From assembly GCA_964523885.1 (NCBI GenBank), contig CAZFYX010000085.1, forward strand, positions 117,736-181,735: a stretch of 64,000 bases of DNA, written 5' to 3'. A program made the translations under genes and the position numbers. Source of the DNA: an uncultured Burkholderiales bacterium. Lineage in GTDB: Bacteria > Pseudomonadota > Gammaproteobacteria > Burkholderiales > SHXO01. Under the pieces are notes generated by a model. That model did not search any database. It saw only the letters and a list, made by a program, of their open reading frames with translations, and was not told where the DNA came from. Every line of letters begins with the position of its first letter. Position 1 is the stretch's first letter. Positions 56,555-64,000 of this stretch are shown piece by piece.

Positions 56555-56712
56555 GAGGCTAGAGGCTAGAGGCGAGAGGCGAGAGGCTGGAGGGAAGGGG
56601 CTGCAGGTTGGGATGAGCCTGGCGCCGCAGTAAAGGCCGGCGCTTGTCCGCAGGCAGGCCTCGAGCTGCCTCCAGGCCCCTCTAGCCTCTAGCCTCTAGC
56701 CTCTCGCCTCGC
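56555..56712. repeat. Inverted arrays of a 7-bp tandem repeat (GAGGCTA/GAGGCGA versus TAGCCTC) flanking a ~75-nt spacer
   Basis: Left: GAGGCTA GAGGCTA GAGGCGA GAGGCGA GAGGCTG GAGG (56555-56593). Right: CCTCCAGGCCCCTCTAGCCTCTAGCCTCTAGCCTCTCGCCTCGC (56669-56712). Confidence 0.75.
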
Positions 56713-56720
56713 GTCGCCGT

Positions 56721-57482
56721 TCAGTTCGGATCCGGCACGAACGCCGCCGGGAACGGATCCGGGCGACCGCGCCGTTCCGGAATCACGCCCAGCGCGACCA
56801 GGTTCTCGCGGCTGTCATAGCGCAGCGCGATCACCTCGTTCGGCGTGGCCGACTCGCGCTCGAACTCGACCCGGCGCGCGTGCGAGGTCTCGCCCCGTCC
56901 ATGACCGGTGCCGAGGCTCGGCGCGGGGCTCGCGTTCCCGGCGCGATCGGCTTCCCCTGCAGCACCGGACCGGGCCTGTGCAGCGGGGGCGGCCGGCCGC
57001 TCACGTTCCTCGGGCCCGAGCTGCACCTGCGGCGGCTCGGGCTTGCGCCGGAACAGGGCAACCCCGATCACGCCGACGTCGTTCGGGCGGCCAGTGCGGG
57101 CGGCGTAGGAATCGCCCAGGTCGGTGAAGTAGAAGGCGGCGGTGCGCTGCAGGCTCTTGCGCCAGCCCCTGATCTCGACGAATCCCCGCGCCGGAATCAC
57201 GTAGCCGCTCTGCTGCGGGCTCGCGGTGGCACCGGTCACCACGTTCACGCCGTCGACCGAGACGACCGCGAGCACGTCGCCGTCGCTGCGGTTGCGGATG
57301 CGGATCGCATACTCGTGGCCGGGCGTACCGGCGATGTAGTGCGCGTCGAAGCTGCGCTGGACCGGCAGCACGGTGTTGCTCTGCCGGTCCTGGATCGAGA
57401 CCTCGGCCAGCGAGCCCAGCGCAAGGGCCGCGGGCGAGGCCGCCAGGCAGGCGAGGCCGGCGAGCAGACTGTGGAACCGCAT
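56721..57482 (-). CDS. Secreted protein of unknown function (253 aa)
   Basis: GAGGAG RBS and signal peptide MRFHSLLAGLACLAASPAALA. Beta-rich N-terminal half (EYAIRIRNRSDGDVLAVVSVDGVNVVTG). I recognise no family. Confidence 0.6.
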   Translation of the reverse strand: MRFHSLLAGLACLAASPAALALGSLAEVSIQDRQSNTVLPVQRSFDAHYIAGTPGHEYAIRIRNRSDGDVLAVVSVDGVNVVTGATASPQQSGYVIPARGFVEIRGWRKSLQRTAAFYFTDLGDSYAARTGRPNDVGVIGVALFRRKPEPPQVQLGPEERERPAAPAAQARSGAAGEADRAGNASPAPSLGTGHGRGETSHARRVEFERESATPNEVIALRYDSRENLVALGVIPERRGRPDPFPAAFVPDPN

Positions 57483-57610
57483 TGGCGATGCTCCTCTGGT
57501 GGGTTGCTCCAGAGGCTGTAAACGCCGGGGTGCGGTGAAAGGGGTTAAACCGATGCCGCTGGTGCGCCTTGCTTCGCCTGCCCGCCAAGCGGCCGAGGGA
57601 CGCAGAGACG

Positions 57611-58381
57611 TCAGGCGCCGCCCGTCACGGGCCCGACCTGCACGCCCCCGCTCTCCAGGGCGGTCCGGATCTCGCGCGCGAACGTCGCGGCGCCGGGCTC
57701 GTCCCCGTGGATGCACAGCGTGTGCGCCTGGATGTGCACCACCGTTCCGTCCGTCGCCACCACTTCGCCGCGCCGGACCATGCGCTCGACCTGCGCCACC
57801 GCACTGGCCGCGTCGCCGATCATCGCGTCGGCCCGGCTGCGCGGGGTCAGGCTGCCGTCGGCCTGGTAGGTGCGGTCTGCGAACACCTCGCTCGCCGCGC
57901 GCAGGCCGGCGGCCCGCGCAGCGCGGATGAGCTCGCTGCCGGCGAGTCCATAGAGCACGAGCTGCGGGTCGAAATCGCGCACGGCGTGCGCGATCGCCTC
58001 GGCCAGTCCCGCGTCGCGCGCGGCCATGTTGTAGAGCGCCCCGTGCGGCTTGACGTGGTGCAGACGGGCCCCCTCCGCACGGCAGATGCCGGCGAGCGCG
58101 CCGACCTGATACAGCACGAAGCCGTGGACCTCCTCGGGCGTGACCCTCATCTCGCGCCGCCCGAAGCCGTGCAGGTCGGGCAGCGAAGGGTGCGCCCCGA
58201 TTGCCACCCCACGCGCATGCGCCAGGCGCACGGTCCGCTGCATGGTGCGCGCATCGCCGGCATGGAATCCACAGGCGATATTGGCGGAGGTCACGTGCGC
58301 CAGCACCGCCTCATCGTCGCCCATGCGCCAGGCGCCGAAGCTTTCACCCATGTCACAGTTGAGGTCGAGCCGGATCGTCAT
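57611..58381 (-). CDS. pxpA: 5-oxoprolinase subunit A (LamB/YcsF family)
   Basis: IRLDLNCDMGESFGAW..D..L...VTSANIACGFHAGD. Confidence 0.9.
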   Translation of the reverse strand: MTIRLDLNCDMGESFGAWRMGDDEAVLAHVTSANIACGFHAGDARTMQRTVRLAHARGVAIGAHPSLPDLHGFGRREMRVTPEEVHGFVLYQVGALAGICRAEGARLHHVKPHGALYNMAARDAGLAEAIAHAVRDFDPQLVLYGLAGSELIRAARAAGLRAASEVFADRTYQADGSLTPRSRADAMIGDAASAVAQVERMVRRGEVVATDGTVVHIQAHTLCIHGDEPGAATFAREIRTALESGGVQVGPVTGGA

Positions 58382-58401
58382 GCCGCGCTCCTGCAGCAGG
58401 T

Positions 58402-59406
58402 TCATGTGTGGCTGCGCAGCCGCACCGCCTCGCGCATGCGCGCCAGGTCGCGTTCGCGCTCGAGCAGCAGCGCCTGTGCCTCGTCCAGCGTGACCGGCCG
58501 GAAGCGCACCCCCGCGCCTGGCGGCACCTGCGCGAGCAGGGAGACGTCCACGCCGATCACTTCGCCCAGATGCGGATAGCCGCCGGTGGTCTGGCGGCTC
58601 GCCATGAGCACGATCGGCTCGCCGTCGGGCGGCACCTGGATGGTACCGAAGGTCACGCCCGCGGACACCAGGCTGACCGCTTCGCCCGGCACCAGCTGCG
58701 GTCCGCTGAGGCGATAGCCCTGGCGGTCGGAGTTGCTGCCCACCCCGTACTCGCCGTTCATGAAGCGCTCGCGCGCCTCCTCGGTGAAGAGGGTCCAGTG
58801 CAGGCCGGGGATGAAGCGCAGGACCCATGGCGAGGGCAGCTGCAGTTCGACGCGCTCGGTGGCAGACCAGCCCGGGTACACCATCGACGCGCGGCGCGAA
58901 CCGAGCTTCTGGTGCAGCGACGGGAAGAACCCGGGATCGGCATCGAGCGTGGGCAGCAGGTCGCCGCGCTTGAGCGCGCGCCCCTGCCAGCCGCCGAATC
59001 CGCCGCGCAGGAAGGTGCTGCGACTGCCCAGCACCGGCTCGACCTGGAACCCGCCGGCAATGGCCACGTAGGCACGGCACCCCCGCCGGCACGCGGCGAA
59101 GTCCAGCGCGCTGCCGGCACGCACCAGCACCGGCCGCGCCTTGGGCAGCGGCTCGCCGTTGACCCGTGCCTCGAAATCGCCGCCGCACACGGCGAGCAGC
59201 GCGTCGCGCGTCAGGGTGAAACCCGGGCCGACCAGCGTGATCTCGATGGTGGCCGCGTTGTCGTCGTTGCCGACGAGGATGTTGGCCAGGCGATGCGAGT
59301 ACTCGTCCATGACGCCGCCGACGGGCACCCCATAGCGCTGGCAACCCCAGCGGCCGAGGTCCTGCAACGTGGACAGGATCCCGGCACGCAGCACCTTCAA
59401 GCCCAT
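58402..59406 (-). CDS. pxpC: 5-oxoprolinase subunit C (allophanate hydrolase subunit 2 / KipA family)
   Basis: LKVLRAGILSTLQDLGRWGCQRYGVPVGGVMD. GGGGAG lies 7 nt upstream of the ATG at 59406. Confidence 0.85.
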   Translation of the reverse strand: MGLKVLRAGILSTLQDLGRWGCQRYGVPVGGVMDEYSHRLANILVGNDDNAATIEITLVGPGFTLTRDALLAVCGGDFEARVNGEPLPKARPVLVRAGSALDFAACRRGCRAYVAIAGGFQVEPVLGSRSTFLRGGFGGWQGRALKRGDLLPTLDADPGFFPSLHQKLGSRRASMVYPGWSATERVELQLPSPWVLRFIPGLHWTLFTEEARERFMNGEYGVGSNSDRQGYRLSGPQLVPGEAVSLVSAGVTFGTIQVPPDGEPIVLMASRQTTGGYPHLGEVIGVDVSLLAQVPPGAGVRFRPVTLDEAQALLLERERDLARMREAVRLRSHT

Positions 59407-59422
59407 GTCACGGCTCCCCGCA

Positions 59423-60163
59423 TCATGCGCCGCCGTCCACAGTGGACGCATGCATGCGCTCGAACGCCTCGGCGCCGATGGCCACGAACTTCACCCGGTC
59501 GCCGGCGAGCAGCAGGCTCGGCGGATCGGCAGCGAGATCGAACAGCCGGATCGGGGTACGCCCGATGACGTGCCAGCCGCCGGGGCTGTCGAACGGGTAG
59601 ATGCCGGTGTGCTCGCCACCGATGGCCACGCTGCCCGCAGGCACGCGCGATCGCGGCGTGGCGCGGCGCGGGGTCACCAGCCGGTCGTCGAGCCCACAGA
59701 GGTAGGGGAAGCCGGGCATGAAGCCGAGCATGCCGACGAAGTACGTGGGCGCGGTATGCAGTTCGACCAGCAGGGCCGGGGCGATCTGGTGGGCAAGTGC
59801 CAGCGCCCCGAGGTCCTCGCCGTACTCGCCGCCGTAGCACACGGGGATCTCGACCAGGCGCCCGGAGAGGCGCGTCTGCGCCTCCAGCCGCTCGAGGCAG
59901 GGTTCGACCCGCTGCCGCAGCAGCTCGAACGGGATGCGCTCGCGCTCGTCCGTCCCGGCGAGCTGCCACAGCAGCAATGGGTCGTAGTACAGGGTGACCG
60001 AGCAGAACGCCGGCACCACCTCGCGCACGCCGGGAATCGCGGCCTGCTCGAGCAGGTCGCACAGCGCGCGCACCCGGGCGGTGGCGGTCTCGCCGACGCG
60101 GTCGGCGACTTCGATTACCGCGGCACGATCACCGAGGGGCAGGATGTCCAGGCGACCGGGCAC
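59423..60163 (-). CDS. pxpB: 5-oxoprolinase subunit B (allophanate hydrolase subunit 1 / KipI family)
   Basis: ILPLGDRAAVIE...VPAFCSVTLYYDP...GFMPGFPYL. Confidence 0.85.
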   Translation of the reverse strand: MPGRLDILPLGDRAAVIEVADRVGETATARVRALCDLLEQAAIPGVREVVPAFCSVTLYYDPLLLWQLAGTDERERIPFELLRQRVEPCLERLEAQTRLSGRLVEIPVCYGGEYGEDLGALALAHQIAPALLVELHTAPTYFVGMLGFMPGFPYLCGLDDRLVTPRRATPRSRVPAGSVAIGGEHTGIYPFDSPGGWHVIGRTPIRLFDLAADPPSLLLAGDRVKFVAIGAEAFERMHASTVDGGA

Positions 60164-60301
60164 GGCTGGCGACAGGTGGTGAGGAAGGAGGAGAAGTCGA
60201 AGATAGTGGTTCCGGCGCCCGCTGCCAAGGGGCCCGGGGTCGCGGAGCGACGACGTTGGCCCGAGACGGCCGCACGGCGTGCGCCGGTCCCGCCGCAGGC
60301 C

Positions 60302-60583
60302 TCAGTAGCAGCCGTCGCCCTCGGTGCTCTCGCGGCACACGGTGCGCGTGCGCTCGGCGTTGGTGGCGCACTGGTAGCGCTTGCCCTTGCACATCGCGCA
60401 CCATGCCGTTTCCGTGCCGCGCGCCTTGAACACGCTCGGCACGATGGTCACGTCCATCACGCTGCAGCCGGGGATGGCGTCGGCGGTGAGGCGGTCGGGG
60501 CTCTTGCAGGCGGACAGCGCAAACATCAGGAGGGCAGCGGCCGCCAGAGCAGGCGGGCAGCCGCGGCACAAACGCAATGCCAT
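60302..60583 (-). CDS. Small Cys-rich lipoprotein (93 aa precursor)
   Basis: Lipobox FALSAC. The mature part has six Cys. I recognise no family. Confidence 0.5.
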   Translation of the reverse strand: MALRLCRGCPPALAAAALLMFALSACKSPDRLTADAIPGCSVMDVTIVPSVFKARGTETAWCAMCKGKRYQCATNAERTRTVCRESTEGDGCY

Positions 60584-60590
60584 GGGCGGA

Positions 60591-61019
60591 TCAGGAGTGG
60601 ATGTATTGTTCCAGCTGCTCGATCATGAAGCGCTGCTCGGAGATGACTTCCTTGACCACGTCCCCGATCGAGATGATGCCGATGACCTGCTTGCGCTCGA
60701 GCACCGGCAGGTGGCGCACGCGCTTGTCCGTCATCAGCGCCATGCACTGGTCCACGGACTGGTCCGGCCCGATGCACAGCACGCGCGAGGTCATGATCTC
60801 GCTCACCAGCGTCTCCTTCGACGACTTGCCCTGGAGGATCACCTTGCGGGCATAGTCGCGCTCGGAGAAGATGCCGACGAGATGGCCGTTGTCGAGCACG
60901 ATCAGCGCGCCGACCTCATGGTCGGCCATGGTCTTGAGCGCATCGTACACGGTGGCACCCGGCGAGATTGTTAACAGCCGGGGCCGTTTTGCCTCGATGA
61001 TCTGGCGCACGGTCTTCAT
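60591..61019 (-). CDS. CBS-domain pair protein
   Basis: 142 aa with two CBS motifs (GALIVLDNGHLVGIFSERD; HLPVLERKQVIGIISIGD). Confidence 0.85.
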   Translation of the reverse strand: MKTVRQIIEAKRPRLLTISPGATVYDALKTMADHEVGALIVLDNGHLVGIFSERDYARKVILQGKSSKETLVSEIMTSRVLCIGPDQSVDQCMALMTDKRVRHLPVLERKQVIGIISIGDVVKEVISEQRFMIEQLEQYIHS

Positions 61020-61148
61020 GCTCGAGCCCTCCCTTTGTGCAACACAGCAGACATGTGTGTGCTTCCCCCGGGCCCGAGTGTAGCGCCGCGGCCGCGCAGC
61101 TGCCAGCCTGACCTCCTGGGCAAGTAGCGCGCGGATGTAGGCACCCGG

Positions 61149-64000
61149 CTAGCGCAGCTCGGTCCAGGCCTTCTCCAGGCGCTTGAACGACACCGGATAG
61201 GGCGTCTTGAGCTGCTGCGCCCACAACGACACACGCAGTTCCTCCAGCATCCAGCGGAACTCCTCCAGGCCCGGCTCCCAGGCGCCGCGCTGGCGGTCGG
61301 CCTGCACCCGTCCCTGCCAAGCCTGCCACCACGACTGGATCTGCTGCATCCACTGGGCATCCTTGGCCGGGTTGATGCTGAACTTGTCCAGCCGGAACTG
61401 GATCGCCTTCAGATAGCGCGGGAAGTGCTTGAGCCGCGGGAGCGGCGTGGTGACGACGAACTGCGGCTTGAGCAGCTCCCTGAGCTGGTTGCGGATGTCG
61501 GTCATCGCGCGCTGCCACACCGGCACGCCGGGCTGGTTGATGCGCGGGCGCAGCGCCTGGTACTCGGTGAGGATCTCGCTCATCACCCGGCACACCTCGG
61601 AGGCGACGTCATTGAGCCGCGTCTTGGCCTTGGTCACCCGGGCCTGGAAGGCCGCGGCATCGCGGACTGCATCGTCCTCCACGAAGAACGCGCGGTCGCA
61701 GATCGCATCGACCAGTTCCTGGCGCAGCCGGTCCGAGATCGCGCCCTTGTCCTGGCGGGCGCCCTCGAGCTCGAGCAGCAGGGCGTAGCGCAGCGACATC
61801 TCCTGGAAACCCGGCAGGTTGCGCGCCACGAACCTGACCTGCTCGGGTGCGGCAAGCTGGAACAGCCGGCGCAGGCCGCGATGCGTCGCCACCTGCGCGT
61901 CGTGCTCGGTGTCGAGCACCACCAGCGCGACCGAGTCGCCTTCGTCGAGCAGGGCCGGATAGCCGATCAGCGACTGGCCGCCCCGGCTGAACTCGATCTG
62001 CTCGGGAAGCTCGCCGAAGTCCCAGGTGGTGAGACCCTTGCGCTCCAGCTTGTTGCGCGCGCTCTCGCTGAACTGGCGCCGCGCCTTGACCCCCAGCTGG
62101 GCGCGCAGCGCGGGCAGGTCGCGGCCCATCGCGAGCTCATGGCCCTCGTCGTCCACCACGCGGAAGTTCATGCGCAGGAAGGGTGGCAGGTCGGCGATGT
62201 CCCACGCGTCGAGCGGCACCTCGACGCCGGTCTTGCGCCCGATGGCGCCGGACAGTGCGGGCAGCAGGCCGCCCTCGCCGGGCTCCAGCACCTCCATCAC
62301 CGCGGTGACGTACTGCGGCACCGGCACGAAGTGCTTGCGCAGGTTCTTCGGCAGCCCACGCACGAGGTGGCCGAGCTTGTCGCGCAGCAGGCCGGGCACC
62401 AGCCATTCGCAGCGCTGCTCGTCGACCTGGTTGAGCAGGTGCAGCGGCACCGTCATGGTCACGCCGTCGAGCGGATGGCCGGGCTCGAACTTGTAGGCGA
62501 GCGCATAGACCACGCCGCCGATCTCCATTGCCTCGGGAAAGCGCAGCTCGGTGATTTCCTCGGCCGAGTGACGCATGAGCAGGTCACGGGTGAGGAACAA
62601 CAGCTTCGGGTTGCCCCGCTCCGCCTCGCGCCGCCAGCGCTCGAACTGCTGCGCGCTCCAGATCTCCTTCGGCACGATGGTGTCGTAGAACGCGAACACC
62701 TGCTCCTCGTCCACCAGCACGTCGTGGCGCCGCGACTTGTCCTCCAGCGCCTCGATCTCGTGCTTGAGCTCCTGGTTGTGCTTCAGGAACGCCCCCTGCG
62801 TGACCAGCAGCGCATGCACCAGGCCCTCCCGGATGAAGATCTCGTGCGCGGCCTGCGGATCGACCGGACCGTAGGCCACGCGCCGGCGCGACACCACCAC
62901 CAGCCCGTACAGGGTCAGCCGCTCCCACGCGTAGGCCTGCCCACCGCTCTTCTCCCAGTGCGGATCGTGGTAGGTGCGCTTGATCAGGTGCGCACCGACC
63001 CGCTCCAGCCATTGCGGATCGAGCGTTGCGACGGTACGCGCATACAGCCGGGTGGTCTCGGTGAGCTCGGCGGCCATCACCCACGGCGGCCCCTTCTTCT
63101 TCAGCGGCGAACCCGGGAAGATCGCGAACTTGATGCCGCGCGCACCGAGGTATGCGCCGGGATCCTCGGACTTCGCACCGATGTTGCCCAGCAGGCCGGA
63201 AAGGATCGCACGGTGCAGCTGGTCGTAGGTCGCCGGCGTCTCGTTGAAGCGCCACCCCAGCTCGGACACCTGTGCGTGCAGCTGGCCATGCAGATCGCGC
63301 CACTCGCGCAGGCGCACGTAGGACAGGAAGGTCTCGCGGCACAGCTGGGCGAGCTTGCGGTTGGACTTGCGATGCTTGATCGCGTCGTCGAAGAAGCCCC
63401 ACAGCCGGATCAGGCCGAGGAACTCCGAGCGCTCGTCGAGGAACTGCGCGTGGGCCGTGTCGGCGCTCTCGGCCTTCTCCATCGGCCGGTCGCGCGGGTC
63501 CTGTATCGCCAGGCCCGAGGCAACGATCAGCATTTCGGTGAGGCAGTTCTCGTCCTTGGCTGCGATGATCATGCGCGCGAGGCTGGGGTCGATCGGCAGC
63601 TCCGCGATGCGGGTCCCGATCGGCGTGAGGCGGCGCTGCTCGTCGACTGCGCCCAGCTCCATGAGCAGGCTGTAGCCGTCGGCGATGGCGCGAGACGAGG
63701 GCGCCTCGACGAACGGGAAGTCCTCCACCTCGCCCAGCTTGAGCGCCTTCATGCGCAGGATCACCGACGCCAGCGACGCGCGCAGGATCTCCGGATCGCT
63801 GAACGCGGGACGGGCCTGGAAGTCCTCCTCACCGTACAGGCGCACGCAGACCCCGCTCATGACCCGGCCGCAGCGGCCGGCGCGCTGGTCGGCGGAGGCG
63901 CGCGAGACCTTCTCGACCTGCAGCATCTCGTGCTTGTTGCGATAGCTGTAGCGGTTGACGCGGGCGAGCCCCGAATCGATGACGTACTTGATGCCGGGCA
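61149..64000 (-). CDS. hrpA: ATP-dependent RNA helicase HrpA, C-terminal ~950 aa (5' end beyond the window)
   Basis: The frame is open to the window edge (..GIKYVIDSGLARVNRYSYRNKHEMLQVEKVSRASADQRAGRCGR = helicase motif VI), followed by HA2/OB and the long HrpA-specific C-terminal region. Confidence 0.9.
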   Translation of the reverse strand, partial: PGIKYVIDSGLARVNRYSYRNKHEMLQVEKVSRASADQRAGRCGRVMSGVCVRLYGEEDFQARPAFSDPEILRASLASVILRMKALKLGEVEDFPFVEAPSSRAIADGYSLLMELGAVDEQRRLTPIGTRIAELPIDPSLARMIIAAKDENCLTEMLIVASGLAIQDPRDRPMEKAESADTAHAQFLDERSEFLGLIRLWGFFDDAIKHRKSNRKLAQLCRETFLSYVRLREWRDLHGQLHAQVSELGWRFNETPATYDQLHRAILSGLLGNIGAKSEDPGAYLGARGIKFAIFPGSPLKKKGPPWVMAAELTETTRLYARTVATLDPQWLERVGAHLIKRTYHDPHWEKSGGQAYAWERLTLYGLVVVSRRRVAYGPVDPQAAHEIFIREGLVHALLVTQGAFLKHNQELKHEIEALEDKSRRHDVLVDEEQVFAFYDTIVPKEIWSAQQFERWRREAERGNPKLLFLTRDLLMRHSAEEITELRFPEAMEIGGVVYALAYKFEPGHPLDGVTMTVPLHLLNQVDEQRCEWLVPGLLRDKLGHLVRGLPKNLRKHFVPVPQYVTAVMEVLEPGEGGLLPALSGAIGRKTGVEVPLDAWDIADLPPFLRMNFRVVDDEGHELAMGRDLPALRAQLGVKARRQFSESARNKLERKGLTTWDFGELPEQIEFSRGGQSLIGYPALLDEGDSVALVVLDTEHDAQVATHRGLRRLFQLAAPEQVRFVARNLPGFQEMSLRYALLLELEGARQDKGAISDRLRQELVDAICDRAFFVEDDAVRDAAAFQARVTKAKTRLNDVASEVCRVMSEILTEYQALRPRINQPGVPVWQRAMTDIRNQLRELLKPQFVVTTPLPRLKHFPRYLKAIQFRLDKFSINPAKDAQWMQQIQSWWQAWQGRVQADRQRGAWEPGLEEFRWMLEELRVSLWAQQLKTPYPVSFKRLEKAWTELR

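Noticed and set aside
56555-56712. Heptamer and nonamer arrays (also at 22831, 39116 and 46061) as CRISPR arrays.
   Set aside because: The units are 7-10 bp with no spacers, the arrays are inverted rather than direct, and no cas genes are present.

Overview
GC-rich, densely packed bacterial chromosomal segment; gene content and the rppH/proS arrangement suggest Beta- or Gammaproteobacteria, which I cannot verify without a search. I call about 60 protein genes. I found no rRNA, tRNA, CRISPR array or intact mobile element. Housekeeping genes (glpK, proS, rppH, gluQ, pxpABC, partial hrpA) are mixed with many signalling genes. These include three class III nucleotidyl-cyclase genes (one decayed), a CRP-type regulator, an HDOD-REC-GGDEF protein, an ECF sigma/anti-sigma pair and a SARP/BTAD regulator. 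The best candidate for an undescribed system is at 40.4-52.2 kb. An NCS1-permease-like 12-TM domain is fused to a Cys-rich module and a hybrid histidine kinase. It overlaps a REC-LuxR regulator gene and is transcribed divergently from a urtABCDE-fmdA-fmdB amide/urea uptake and formamidase operon. The shared control region carries two 18-bp inverted-heptamer (7-2-7) palindromes. Other items worth a second look: a 2x AhpD/CxxC protein whose stop overlaps the start of a membrane cyclase gene; a PQQ dehydrogenase with substituted active-site positions, next to a secreted Asp/Pro-rich 11-residue repeat protein; a tandem gamma-carbonic-anhydrase-like fusion; a kinase / enolase-paralog / DMT cluster; a secreted barnase-barstar pair; and two exact short motifs repeated in 5' regions. 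There are also several families of intergenic hairpins, some built from tandem heptamers, and a decayed patch (mutase pseudogene plus IS481-type transposase remnant). All function calls come from reading the translated ORFs and recalling family motifs. No database search was run, and start codons and domain borders are approximate.
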